A stretch of DNA of 63,926 nucleotides, the filler included, from Trichomonas gallinae (Eukaryota): NCBI GenBank assembly GCA_008369845.1. It is 5 parts of 5 records of this genome, joined end to end, with 100 filler letters (N's around TTAATTAATTAA, not from the genome) between each part and the next. Parts side by side here need not be neighbours in the genome. Positions count along the whole stretch, not along the records: positions 43,493 to 62,366 come from MRSU01000538.1; positions 62,467 to 63,926 come from MRSU01000560.1; 3 more parts are not named here. The stretch is one strand, 5' to 3'. A program made the translations under genes and the position numbers. This document shows, one piece after another, positions 50,984 to 63,199 of the stretch. The stretch's first letter is position 1, and every line of letters begins with the position of its first letter. The notes under the pieces are model-generated. The model worked only from the letters and a program-made list of their open reading frames with translations. It searched no databases and was not told the origin of the DNA.

Positions 50984-52315
50984 ACATGTTCGATATTTAG
51001 TTCAATTCCGCCAGATGAAAATGTTGCCTTTATTCAAATGCTGTATCGCATCGATTTGACCATACCAAGCAATGTACATCAGCATGCTTTGAATGTTCTC
51101 AGTTATATAATTACTTCTTCCTGATGATATTTTTATCGAAATTCATAAGATTCACTATCAAGTCATGGCATCATTATATCTTCAAAGTTTACAACTATGC
51201 AATGCTCATATTCCATGCTTGAGCTTGAACTCTTCAAAAAAAAAAAAATGGTTCATAAAAAATTCAATAATATATACCTGTTATCGACATATAATAAAGT
51301 GTTATACATTGTTCTAAGTTGCATTCCAATATTAATACCAGCATGTTACCAATAGGATTTTTTGTTGAATTTTATTAATTTGTTTTAGAGCGCCATAATA
51401 AATGTGTTTGTTTTCTATTCTATTTTTATGTATAATTATAGCTTAAATTCTTCGTTTTGCTATCTATCATTTTGATATCATATCTCTTGGTAGTTTAAAT
51501 TATGAACTGCAGATGAGAACAATAATACATGGTTTGTATACATGATATATGTAAAATTGGAACTGAAAAATCGACGATTTCGTTGAAAGCTATCAGCCAA
51601 AAATCTTTGTCAACAAATTTTCTTTGATAAAATGGATGTTTATATATTGGGGATTGTATTTTACTTACCAAAGCGAAGTTTACAAAATTGCCAAATATAA
51701 TTTTATAATCATATATTTAATATATCATAAAATAAAAAATATGATAAAATAAATTTGAGACAGGTAGAAATGATTATTTTATCTTTTTATTTTCCTTTTG
51801 ACTCTATGCATGACAGGATAAATTTATTATTGATGTAAAATTAAACGGAATTTTGTTCAGAAATAATTCAGAAAATAGTTAATTTTGTTTGCAAAATTTA
51901 GACATTAAATTAATCGTTTTTGTCTTAAAATCCATGCTTAATGATATAGATAGAGCAACATTGAATGAAAAATTAATCTACATTGAAATTGCATTTTTTA
52001 TTGAAATAACACATATGAGTATACAACATCAGAATATCCGCCAGTTACATTACTATTCTCAGAAAATTAAAATTTTAACGGTTGTTCTTTTAAAATATTG
52101 ATCATATTCAACGTGCAATCAGAAAACCTTATAATATGATTTTATATGTAGTTTTAGGTATATGATAAAAATATTATTAACGAACAAATTAATTTGATTT
52201 TACGTATTTTTATTTAGTGTATTATAAAGATCTATAAGCTACTTTTGAATGAAATCCAATCATATTAAAATTTCTGATCATTTAATTTTTGAAATGTTTA
52301 CAAATACTTAAATTT

Positions 52316-52747
52316 ATGTCTGTCAAGCAAGCATCTGATGTTTTATTCATGAATGAAATGAACGAATGGTCCTCCCGCCATTCGAACCTCAGTATATTAC
52401 CACGTCTTGGAGAGCCATTTGCAAACTTTCCCTGCCATGAGAAAGAATACAATCATTTTATGGACCTTGACTCTATAATTGACGGCGTTACAGGGAAGCT
52501 TGCAGAAGACCTTTTACAAGATTTTAAGATTGAAAAGCAGAGAGAAAAGAGTCGCACAGCTCTCACCGCAATGCGCCCCCGAAATGTCAACAACTTAGTT
52601 AATGTATCCTTACTCATGGACAAAAAGAATCAAAACAGGAACTATATTAGCCCTGTTAAGTCATCTTATAACAATGATTTAATGAAGAGACTGTATCAAA
52701 CGAAGAACCTCAAATTAAGACCAGCAATGTCCAAGAGGACTGTATAA
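52316..52747 (+). CDS. Hypothetical protein, paralogue of 50579..50983
   Basis: MSVKQASDVLFMNEMNEWSSRHSNLSILP...HFMDLDSIIDGVTGKLAEDLLQD...EKSRTALTA. Confidence 0.7.
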   Translation: MSVKQASDVLFMNEMNEWSSRHSNLSILPRLGEPFANFPCHEKEYNHFMDLDSIIDGVTGKLAEDLLQDFKIEKQREKSRTALTAMRPRNVNNLVNVSLLMDKKNQNRNYISPVKSSYNNDLMKRLYQTKNLKLRPAMSKRTV

Positions 52748-53627
52748 AATTATATAGGTCTCTCTGTGTCGATTGCTTTGATTAGAGTTTTATGCGTTTA
52801 TATTTTATCGAAATTAGTTTTGTTTGATTTTGTTCTAATCATGTAAATTGTTTTGTTTATTGTGCGTTTACATTATATATTTTTAACTATTTCTCGGTTA
52901 TTCCACCCCTTGAGAAATTTATCGAAATTGAAATTTAACAGTCAAAGTTCGAAAGCGACAAAGAATAACAATTTTTATTAACATATGATCATTTGGTCAT
53001 GGTTATTCTCAAAAATGAGCGAATTCTTTCTTGCCAAATTTTGAAATCTGGCCTAATATGCCTATATCATTGGCATTAATCATATATAGCCAATTAGAGT
53101 TATTCTGCAAGCTAATACATGCATCGCATCGTTTTTGTATTCCGATCAATAATGTTTCTTACCAAAATTTCGAAAACAAGCGCAATAATTTTATTCAGCA
53201 GATATTATATAGCTAGACATCAAGAGTTGTATTGAATTTAACACTTTGAATGAATGTAATTTATTTTGTTGATTTTGAAAATCTATTCATTAGACAATTT
53301 ATTACTTGAATCTTTAATGTAATTGCTAATCTCTGTCTATATGTTAAAATCTATGAGTTATTGTTAAGTTAGACAATCAAATGATATGGATAAGTTGGTA
53401 TGTGACCATTTCAATGATAGAAATCATTCCTATATGATACAATTTATGGAAATCAAATGTTATTCTTTCATAAATATGTAAAAAAATATGATAATATAAT
53501 CTGAGGGACCAACCTAGTATTCAGCACACAGTGTCTATGGACATAATAGAATCATTTAAAGCGATGTTATTTTTTATCAAAATAGGTGCAAAAATGCATA
53601 TCTTTTCGGTTGTAAAGTTTAAGTAAT

Positions 53628-53675
53628 TGTCATGTAATGTAATAAATTGACATGTAAATTATAAAATGCCGCGTA
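53628..53675 (+). promoter_or_regulatory. Three-copy TGNCRYGTA array upstream of the DEAD-box gene
   Basis: TGTCATGTA 53628, TGACATGTA 53648, TGCCGCGTA 53667; ATG at 53707. Confidence 0.55.
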
Positions 53676-53706
53676 AACAAAATTTACCAAGAGTAAATTA
53701 ATATAA

Positions 53707-56514
53707 ATGAGCTTTCGAAGCAACGATCGAAATTATAATAGAGGAGACAATTTTGATCGTGGAAGAGGCTTTGGACGCAACCAAGATCAGAAAAGAGGAT
53801 TTGGCGAAAGAGATAATTACAACGATCAATATAATGGACCAAATCAGCATGGTTTTGGTTCCAATGGCGGAAACTATAACGATGGAAGAAATTTCAATCA
53901 ACAAAACTACTATGATAGCGATGGCCGAAATTTTAATCAAAATCAAAGAGGATTTAACCAAGGAAACTATCGCAATGATGATTATGGTGGTAATTTTGGT
54001 GGAAATCGAGGTGGTTTTGGCGAAAGAGATGATTTTGGCGGAAATCGTTACGATAATGGAAATTACAACGATAATGGTCCAAGAAATGGATTTGGAGGAA
54101 ATTACGACAATTACCGAGGAGGCAGAAATGATTTTGGAGGAAGAAACGACAACTTCGGCGGAAATAGAGATAATTACGGTAATTTTAATGGAAATAGAGG
54201 TAATTACAATCCAAATTACGACAGCAATTATGATTATCGAGGTGGAAACATGGGTTATGGAGATAATTTTGGAGGATCAGGAAATTTCAACCAAAGAGGC
54301 TTTGGAGGAAATAGAGATAATGGGTTGAATCAAGGAAAATACAATGAAAGAGGATTTAACGATGATAGAGGATTTAATCCAAGAAATGATATGAAGGATC
54401 AAAATCGTGGTCCACCAGGCCAACAGGGTCCACCAAATCAACAAAATAGAGATATACAAGGATCCTCTAATCAGAAAAACAGAAATATGCCAGATAATGA
54501 TCAAAATGATGGTCGAAGACAAGGAGGAGCACCACAAACACTATACAGAGATGGCCAAAACCAAGATAATCAATCAGCTCTTAATGAAAACAGAAATTTC
54601 CAAAATGACAATGGATTTAAGCAAGGACCTCCTGTAAACCGCAATTTTGGCGGAATCCAAGGTAATTTTGGTCCTGATCGTGGATTTGGAGAAAATCAAG
54701 ATGGATCCGGTGGAAGATTTGACAGAAATCAAGATAACTTTAGAGGAAACCAAGGAGTCTTCGGAGGTAATCGTGATTACATCAGAGGCAATCAATATGG
54801 ATTCGGCAGAGATCAAGATAATATTATTAGTAGCAGAAATGACTTTGGAGGTAATCAGGGCGGATTTGGAAGGAACCAGAATGATGGTGGCTTCGGTCCA
54901 AGAGATAACCAAGATGAATTTGGAAGAAATCAAGGAAATTTCGGCGGAAATCGCGATAATTTTGATGGAAACCGTGACAACTTTGGAGGAAACCAAAATG
55001 ATGACGGGTTTCGCGGAAATCAAGACGGTTTTGGAGGAAATCAAGACGGATTTGGAAATCAACGAGGATTTGGCGGAAATTCTGATGGATTTGGTGGTAA
55101 TAAAGGTGAATTTGGAGATAGTCAAAGAGGTTTTGGAGGAAACTCTGATGGTTTCGGTAAAAATGATCAAGGATTTTCTTCTAGCGTCAATGCTGGTGGT
55201 AGCTCTCGCTATGACTCCGATAGCCTTGCAAGTCAAGTCGCGCAAATGCAACAAGCTGAAAATGGAAATCTCAGTCGCCTAAATGTCAATATTGGCATGG
55301 TTTCTCCTGAAGAATACGATCAATATCTAATGGAGAACAATGTCAAAATGGTTGGCCAACCAGATACACGTTTGTTACAATTTAATCCACAAATTCTTCA
55401 CGAAAATATTTATAAGGCTACAGTTGATATGGGCTACAAGAATCCAACCCCGATTCAAGCTATTGCAATCCCAATTGCTCTTTCCGGGCGAGATTTGGTC
55501 GGAATTGCGAAAACTGGCTCAGGAAAGACAGCAGCTTATCTAATCCCAGCGATTCAATATGTTTTGAACTGTTCTGGTACTAAAGGACCAAATGTGCTCA
55601 TTTTAGCCAATTCTAGAGAATTAGTTCAGCAAATCGCAGAAATGGGAGATGCTTTGACGAAATATACACCTGAAGTCAAATTACTTGCTGTCCATGGCGG
55701 TGAAGGTAACAGAAGGCAACAACTCGATGGATTAAGAACTGCAAATATTGTATCTGCAAATCCTGGCCGTTGTCTCGATTTCATTAGCAATAACAAGCTT
55801 AATCTAACCAATGTTGGTCTTGTTGTCATTGATGAGGCCGATAAAATGGTTTCAAATGATTTTGCATCACAAATTTCGCCAATTATCAACAAATGTCCTC
55901 GTCAGCGCCAGATTCTGATGTGGTCTGCAACTTGGCCAGAAGAGGTTCGTGATATGGCGGAAGAATACCTACACGATTACATCAAAATTGTTATTGATGC
56001 AAGCGAAGTTACTGTTAATCGCGACATCAAGCAGATTTTGATAGAGAAAGACAGACGCAATGAATACGACCAGATGATGAATATTATCTCGCAAATAAAG
56101 CAGCAAGAACAGAATCCAAAACTATTGATCTTCTGTAACTCAAAAAGAAATGTCGATAGAATATATGAAAACATGCAGCGCCAGATGAAGACTCTGTGGA
56201 TCACTGGTGATAAATCGCAAATCTTAAGAGAGAAGACTGTTAAAGAGTTCAAGGAAACACCATCCAACATTGCATTGGTTGCCACTGATGTTATTTCTCG
56301 TGGCTTCGATGTTGATGATATTACACACGTTATTCAGTTTGATTTGCCTGTGAAAATTGTCGACTACGCGCATAGAATTGGAAGAACAGGAAGAGGAGGC
56401 CGTACTGGAGTTTCAATTGGCTTGTTTGATCCAGGAAGGAATTACTCATTACGTCAGGATTTAGTTGAATATATGCAAAAGGCCGGGCAAGATCTACCTG
56501 ATTTTCTTGTGTAA
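53707..56514 (+). CDS. DEAD-box RNA helicase (DBP2/DED1/Vasa-related) with about 500-aa G/N/R/F/Q/D-rich N-terminal extension
   Basis: Q motif GYKNPTPIQ, AKTGSGKT, NSREL, GG, NPGR, DEAD, SAT, LIFC, SRGFD, HRIGRTGR; numerous FGG and RG(F/G) repeats. Confidence 0.92.
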   Translation: MSFRSNDRNYNRGDNFDRGRGFGRNQDQKRGFGERDNYNDQYNGPNQHGFGSNGGNYNDGRNFNQQNYYDSDGRNFNQNQRGFNQGNYRNDDYGGNFGGNRGGFGERDDFGGNRYDNGNYNDNGPRNGFGGNYDNYRGGRNDFGGRNDNFGGNRDNYGNFNGNRGNYNPNYDSNYDYRGGNMGYGDNFGGSGNFNQRGFGGNRDNGLNQGKYNERGFNDDRGFNPRNDMKDQNRGPPGQQGPPNQQNRDIQGSSNQKNRNMPDNDQNDGRRQGGAPQTLYRDGQNQDNQSALNENRNFQNDNGFKQGPPVNRNFGGIQGNFGPDRGFGENQDGSGGRFDRNQDNFRGNQGVFGGNRDYIRGNQYGFGRDQDNIISSRNDFGGNQGGFGRNQNDGGFGPRDNQDEFGRNQGNFGGNRDNFDGNRDNFGGNQNDDGFRGNQDGFGGNQDGFGNQRGFGGNSDGFGGNKGEFGDSQRGFGGNSDGFGKNDQGFSSSVNAGGSSRYDSDSLASQVAQMQQAENGNLSRLNVNIGMVSPEEYDQYLMENNVKMVGQPDTRLLQFNPQILHENIYKATVDMGYKNPTPIQAIAIPIALSGRDLVGIAKTGSGKTAAYLIPAIQYVLNCSGTKGPNVLILANSRELVQQIAEMGDALTKYTPEVKLLAVHGGEGNRRQQLDGLRTANIVSANPGRCLDFISNNKLNLTNVGLVVIDEADKMVSNDFASQISPIINKCPRQRQILMWSATWPEEVRDMAEEYLHDYIKIVIDASEVTVNRDIKQILIEKDRRNEYDQMMNIISQIKQQEQNPKLLIFCNSKRNVDRIYENMQRQMKTLWITGDKSQILREKTVKEFKETPSNIALVATDVISRGFDVDDITHVIQFDLPVKIVDYAHRIGRTGRGGRTGVSIGLFDPGRNYSLRQDLVEYMQKAGQDLPDFLV

Positions 56515-57338
56515 TTCATAGTATTGTTTTTATTTCAATAATTAAATATTTTGTATATAAAGCAAAACATTGCTAATAATCATTGGAAATAATTGACTTT
56601 ATGAAAATTTATTTTCTATGTACATTAACATCTAAATGACGATAAATCTCTGAGATTAGATAAAAGCCGAACAGCGGAGATTAGAAACCCATTTTTTGGC
56701 ATCACCCCTTATTAACTCCTGAAGATCCTCATAAGAATTGTTAATGCATAACAGTTCGAAGATCGGACAAAATCTAAAAATCTGCCATAATTGATCTGAC
56801 ATGTAATATTTCCTTATCTGTATTAAATATATATGTGCTACTGCTTACTTATTGATAACAAAAAGTTATTCACGTAGCTGTTGTTTTTCAACGGTAGAAG
56901 ATACGATTTACATATTATATGCGTATGTTATTTTCCAGACCTTTTTGATTATGAATCGGTTATTTTAAATTTCTATGAAGGTGCTAAATCAAAATTCAAT
57001 GTGGAAGATTTGATTTATTTTCATATGTACGACATAATTTGGCCAATTATTTTTCTCACAAAAAAAAAAAAAAACTTGAGAGATTTACAAATATTTTGAA
57101 AATCCTTTTAATTTTGCCGTAAAGCAAAAAAAGGTATTGTGAGGGTCAAATACGTTTCTATTATTAAAAAATATACGCCACTTTTTGAGCTTCGCTAATC
57201 TTTCAATATAAAAATACAATAATGTGCTTTATCATATCATTAATATAAAATATAAGTTTCCAATTCAAAAGATAGTGAAAATTGAATTCGCATCTTTTAT
57301 ATTTATTCACAAAAGTTAATTTCAATAAGTTAACAAAA

Positions 57339-58631
57339 TTAAATTGAGATGTGATGATATCTTGCAACCACTTTGTAGTCCCAGAGCATTGTAATTGTGT
57401 CATCTAATGTAGGCCATTTCTGATTATTTACTGCGTAAATCATATAATCTATATATTTCATATTGTAATCTATATTGAGATTTGCTGACATCTGCATTTC
57501 GGTCTTTGGATGATGCATGAAATTCTTATTCCAACTATATGCCACCCATAAATCAAGCGATAATAATGTAGAAAGCATTTGTAAGTCGAATTGATTTGAT
57601 CCAAGAATACAAACACCAGTCTTTGGCTTCATGAATATCGCATTGATGGGTCCAGAGCCTGCTGCAACAATAAAATACTTAGTAGCAGCAAACATTTTCG
57701 AAGAATATGTAAGATTTTCCATTTCTTTTTCCTTAATAATGTAAAATTTCTCGTTTGGATACTTTTCTCGAACAACTATTACGATTTCATCGAAATTCGC
57801 TATATGTCTCCCTCTAGGATTCATTTCTCTGTTATTAAATAAACCGAAACTTGGCTTAATGTCTCCTAATTTCAAATTTTTGCTGATCTGCTCAACTGCC
57901 ATTCTTACGCTGTATAGCTGAGAGGCGCAGTCATAGTCTGGATTGATTACATGAAGAGTTTTGCAAACGTAAGATGTACCAGGTTTGAGATCAATATATG
58001 GGCCGTGTTCGATTCCTAAGATGTCAATAAACTTCTTAGACAAGTTCATGTTGAACCTCAATGCTATATGTGATCGTTTGATTACTTCCGCTGGAAAAAC
58101 GAATATACTTGCTACTATTCCATCATGAATATGGTGTCCAAACTGTGGCCACGAACACTGTAAGAAGACAACCTCATTGTATGAATGTTCAGAAAGTGTA
58201 TATTCGGCATTATCTTGATGATCGACAAAAGTTGATCTAAATCGATATTTTTCATCATAAACGGAATATTGATTGATAATAACATAGCTAAGAGTATATA
58301 TTTTATCGATTTCACTGACTACGTACTTGAAATGTCTTTCTCGTTCATCTGTTTTAAGATATTTTGATAAAATTACTCTGTTCGAAAAATCGGGAAGTAT
58401 TCTAGTATACTTTTGGAATGATACTAGACCCATTGCTTTATCATAATGGATCATATTGAGGCTTTTTGGCCTGCATTTCAGCGGAAAAATATGAATACCA
58501 TCAAAATCAAAATTTATATTAGTTTTTTCATCCTTTGCAACCACATAGCACAATAAGCATGTGATTAAGAGTGAAAAAGAATGTAGAGCATAAATATTTG
58601 TTTTCATCCTGCAATTTACTGCACGTTGCAT
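57339..58631 (-). CDS. Glycosyltransferase family 61 (DUF563)-like type II membrane protein
   Basis: N-terminal TM, QFGHHIHD, LFNNR...RHIANFDEI, AGSGPINAIFMKP; paralogue of 10325..11683. Confidence 0.65.
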   Translation of the reverse strand: MQRAVNCRMKTNIYALHSFSLLITCLLCYVVAKDEKTNINFDFDGIHIFPLKCRPKSLNMIHYDKAMGLVSFQKYTRILPDFSNRVILSKYLKTDERERHFKYVVSEIDKIYTLSYVIINQYSVYDEKYRFRSTFVDHQDNAEYTLSEHSYNEVVFLQCSWPQFGHHIHDGIVASIFVFPAEVIKRSHIALRFNMNLSKKFIDILGIEHGPYIDLKPGTSYVCKTLHVINPDYDCASQLYSVRMAVEQISKNLKLGDIKPSFGLFNNREMNPRGRHIANFDEIVIVVREKYPNEKFYIIKEKEMENLTYSSKMFAATKYFIVAAGSGPINAIFMKPKTGVCILGSNQFDLQMLSTLLSLDLWVAYSWNKNFMHHPKTEMQMSANLNIDYNMKYIDYMIYAVNNQKWPTLDDTITMLWDYKVVARYHHISI

Positions 58632-61600
58632 ATTTTTAATTTTAAAATTGAGAACAGGTCGATGTGTTCTTCATTATACTTTTAAATATGATTTAAGGCT
58701 CTTTCAAACATGAATTACTTTTTGTGCTTTGAAAATGTGAACACAACACTTTTTATATTAGAATCTCAGAGAAAATCAAACTATTCAAATTTTAATTATT
58801 TTCAATTCAAAATTTTAGAAATGAAAACAATCATATATTGGATAATTAAGCTTTTCCAACATTTTTCGTGTGCTTATGCGCCCGCAAAAATATCGGAAAA
58901 GTTCAAAACTGAATCAGAAATTTATTTGTTAAATGGAAGCGTGTAATGGATAATTGTTTGCCGAGAAACTTTTTCTATCTTCCCCATTGTGATAATTGAA
59001 TGAGCATATAACGTTATCTGCGAATCTCTGTTTAATTTTAATGCGTAATGCCTGCATTTATGGATTCACTATATCAAACACATAATATAAAGGTCTGACG
59101 TTCAAAATCTGACACTTTTCATCTTTCATTTTTGACTAAAGGAATCTGATAGAATATATGAGAATGCAGTACTATATTCTTTTGAATGTTTTTTGTTATC
59201 TGATAAAATAATAATGTAAACTTCAAGCGTTTTTTTGAGTAGTTAGACTCTAAAGCATTCATATAGAACAATTTCCGATCATAATAATTTCGATTTGTGG
59301 TTTCATGGTTTTTTTTTATTGAACTTAGGCTTGTTGTCATAAAGAAATATCCTTTGTTTTCTTCATTTTTCAACATATGATCATGACAAATTGATACTGG
59401 CGTGTATTCCTTTGCACTATAAGCAACACTAGTTCGAATTATTACTCTCTGATTTGGAGTCAGAAATTGAATCGACACGTTTTTAAATTTTGAGAGCATT
59501 CCGAGTGAGATTGGAATATTATAAAAATTGATTTAAAATTTTTCACGGGTGTCAAAATCGACAATTATCTCAATATATAAACACTATTTAACTATTCTAT
59601 TAACACATATCATATGAGAACTAGCCTCCCCTCTATTATATATGAAAGTATTTCAATACTGTGAAAAAGTCAGAGATTTGATAATTCGAATTTGTCCAAT
59701 ATGGAAAAAACGCAAATATGCTCCATTAAATTTAACATGTCTTACTAGTTATAAATATAACATCAAGTTAAATCTTAGTAAATAGGCTCTATCTTGAATT
59801 ATTTTTGAAGTTATTTTAGATTTTCGGTATTTTGAAGCTCAACAGCGAATCTTTGATGGAAAGTAGTATCATTGAACTGATACTTTGTTTTTTCTAGTCT
59901 ATATGAGTAAATCCCTAAAATATTTCGTGTTTATTCGTGGTTTTTATTTTCATCAATATTCTGATTTTAAAAGAAAAATTGATGACATAGATTTTGTGGT
60001 ACATTATTAATATATGATTGGTATATTATACAAATGCATTTTAGTTTTGCAAAAATATTTAAAATCCATCGCTCTCTTTTTTTGACAAAACAATTTTTTG
60101 AAGCGTTTTTTGCAATATCAGAGCAATATCTGATGCTCATACTCATACATACACCTAGAATAGGTACCAATTTTCTTGAATAGCAATTTTGTAGGATATC
60201 TTATAAGATTGAGGTCCGGTATTGCAATGTGATCATCCTGGTTAAAAGGAAAACTGAATTCTTTCACAATTTGATTGTTAGAGTTTCCTGTGCATATTAC
60301 TAAACACAAGCTCAATTTCGGATGCACATTATACTCATTGAGTTATTTTTCGATTTATGATGTGAAAGTTCGATTTTCCTTAGAAAATCAAGTTTATATA
60401 CAATATCAGATATTGATATTTATAGTGATTAAAATAATATCATCTAAAAGAATAAGAAATTTAATGTACTTTTGAACAAAATATAATATATCACGTGCTG
60501 GAAAAGTAAAATGGATATGGGCTACACATTAGTTGATAGTCTTTTAACTCATATATGTATAATGTATACATCTATATGTATGCATATGAAATACTTTGAA
60601 TTGTAGTAACAATTTTTTTCTCAGGATAACTAGCAGGCAACACAGAATCAAACACTATAACATATATACTATAATATATACCCTATATATCTATAATAGT
60701 TATATGATTGCTACTAGTTCATATACAGAGATGTATTACAAAATACGGTTCCATTATCATAATTTTCTCTGTATGTCTGTATACCTTCTGTAAACAGAAC
60801 CTTGCGTTTGGTTCCATCAATATAGTACCAATTATTTCTATCTGAATTGCGAACAGATACTCTATAGGCATTTTTGTTACAGAAAGCAATTGCAACATGG
60901 CTATAGTATGCATTGCAGAATATTTTTTGTACATTATCATTATATATATATTTAAAAAGGTCTTCTAACTCTCATTTCTCTAGTGATTTGGACGAAACTT
61001 ATAAAATATATTATACTACTTATATGAATGTAAATTCTAGAATATCTAAGTAAATAGAAATCTGGATTTCGAGGTATGAAGCCAAACATTAAGTATTATA
61101 TATATTTGTAAAGTGTTTACATGTCAAATATTTAATGGAAATTCGAACCATAGTCTGTTGGTTCGAATGGCGCCTCATAGCTACCTTTTTTATTTTTTCT
61201 ATTCATTGATTTCCTTGTGCGGGAAACTTTTTTATGATAAATCTAATTTTTGGATCTTGATTTGATTAAGCACTAGAGGAACTACCATTTGACTCGTAGT
61301 ATCAAGCATTTTGGTCTTTATTATTATTTGATTATTCTCAACTTAAATTCATAATCAATTTGATTTCACAATATACAAAGTGCAACAATTCATATATTAT
61401 ACTAAGCTCAGATAAAATTCATTCTGAGCGATCAAATAATTTCAAAAATCTTTTTCTTCATTCAAATTTTGTGAACTTTTGACGTCAATTTTAAAATCGA
61501 AAAAGATTTAACAATTCTTATATATGTATAAATATCAACTTTAAAACATAATATCTTTAGATTTCAAAAAACGAGGATAAGACTCTCAAAATTTTTTTCC

Positions 61601-62366
61601 ACACTTCATAAATTGAATCAATATATTTTACCATTAATGCTAATCATATTGTTCAAAATTTTTAACAACTGAATACTGGCAGATTGTCTTGTAAAGTAGT
61701 TACTAAGCAATTAAATTTTAGAATTGTACAGATAAGCAAGCATACACAAAAAAATTTCCCATTTTGTCCTCGGGGGTTTGTACGTTATTAAAAAGCTCAC
61801 TTTTTCGGCCTCGGTCATGGTTATCGCCGTTGTTCTCAACCACAGCTTCGAATTGTTGATTGTCATCGAAGCGTGATAAAAGAATACTTCAAAAGTCTTA
61901 TTATGCACTCTATAATCTTTCATTTTACAAAAACTTTGGACAATATAATTTGAAAAAAATATAACTTCCGATTTAAAGCCCCAAAAGTTGTTTATGGACA
62001 TCTCATAGCATAAGTATTCGGAACCTCATTAAAAACATATGTGTTAGGTTTTTGAATTTCGTCCCGAGAAAATGAGCTTGAGTTATACTATTCCCTCTGA
62101 ATAACAATCGCAGGAATACTAACTACATTGATTCATAAGTTTTCAGAAAAATTGTACAGAGGAAATTACAAGTGAATAATATTTCGCCAATACTTTACAG
62201 TTTATATGAAAATTTTTCAAGACGACAGCTCAATATGATAATCTTTCGCAAGCTTTTGATAATCCCATAACTTTACTGTTGAATGGTCAAGCTCTGGCCA
62301 TTTTTGATTTTTAACCGCATAAAACATTCTTTCAATATATTTCATGTTGCGTTCAATATCAATATT

Positions 62367-62466
62367 NNNNNNNNNNNNNNNNNNNNNNNNNNNNNNNNNN
62401 NNNNNNNNNNTTAATTAATTAANNNNNNNNNNNNNNNNNNNNNNNNNNNNNNNNNNNNNNNNNNNN
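62367..62466. other. Artificial contig-joining linker
   Basis: N44-TTAATTAATTAA-N44. Confidence 0.97.
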
Positions 62467-62656
62467 CATATACTAATATATTCATATGTATCAGCGATTT
62501 GAATTCCAATGAGGACGACGATAGCGAGGACGATAGACATCTATATAGGAATTGATGAATAGTCTATTGATTTTTATATATAATAAGTAAAAAATTATAA
62601 TATGTAAAAGTTATTTCAGGTTCTGACACAGTAAAAAAGGTGGGATGTAAATAAAA

Positions 62657-63199
62657 ATGACTGAAGAAGAGGAGACCGTTGATTATTTCATTTATTTCTG
62701 GGTATATGTTGGGAAATCCAACGGATTTAAATTCATCAGAATGCCAATAGATCTTGAGTTATATTCAAACACTTCTTCTTTAATAGATCATGCGTTAAAT
62801 CACTTAAATTTCTCTGGGCCGAAGGAATGTTTCTACATTAGCTTCAAAGAATCTAAAGGACAAGAGAGTGATGAACCAAAAATAGTCAAATTCGAAAATC
62901 TCGGACAAGCAAAGAATCAAAGACATTTCTTTTTCAAACCGCAAGGAATGGGAAATTCCGCTATCCCAGCTTGCTTACTAGATAAAGACGAGTACAATCA
63001 TCTTGAATACGCTTTTACTTACTTTGATTACATGGTTCAAGAAATTTCAATTCTTGTCAATGGCGCAGCTAAAGACGAGGAGTCCGATCAATACGTACCT
63101 GTTTCTTTGCTGACTGGACAGCAGCTTATTAATGCGATTGTTGATAAAACGGGCAAATTAACAGATATTTTCAATGAGTTTTATGATACGAAGCTGTAA
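62657..63199 (+). CDS. Hypothetical protein
   Basis: 180-aa ATG-initiated ORF in AAAAATG context with globular composition; no family recognised. Confidence 0.6.
   Translation: MTEEEETVDYFIYFWVYVGKSNGFKFIRMPIDLELYSNTSSLIDHALNHLNFSGPKECFYISFKESKGQESDEPKIVKFENLGQAKNQRHFFFKPQGMGNSAIPACLLDKDEYNHLEYAFTYFDYMVQEISILVNGAAKDEESDQYVPVSLLTGQQLINAIVDKTGKLTDIFNEFYDTKL

Noticed and set aside
53698..55282. Several long overlapping ORFs in alternative frames and strands (53753..54328, 54574..55254, 54647..55282)
   Set aside because: By-products of the low-complexity G/N/F/R repeat codons in the DEAD-box N-terminus.
59119..59499. 126-aa minus-strand ORF
   Set aside because: No recognisable motif, composition like AT-rich noncoding DNA, no clear Inr; unsupported.
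61141..61190. tRNA gene suggested by GGTTCGAAT and a downstream T run
   Set aside because: No T-stem complement, D arm or acceptor stem on either strand; it is only a palindrome.
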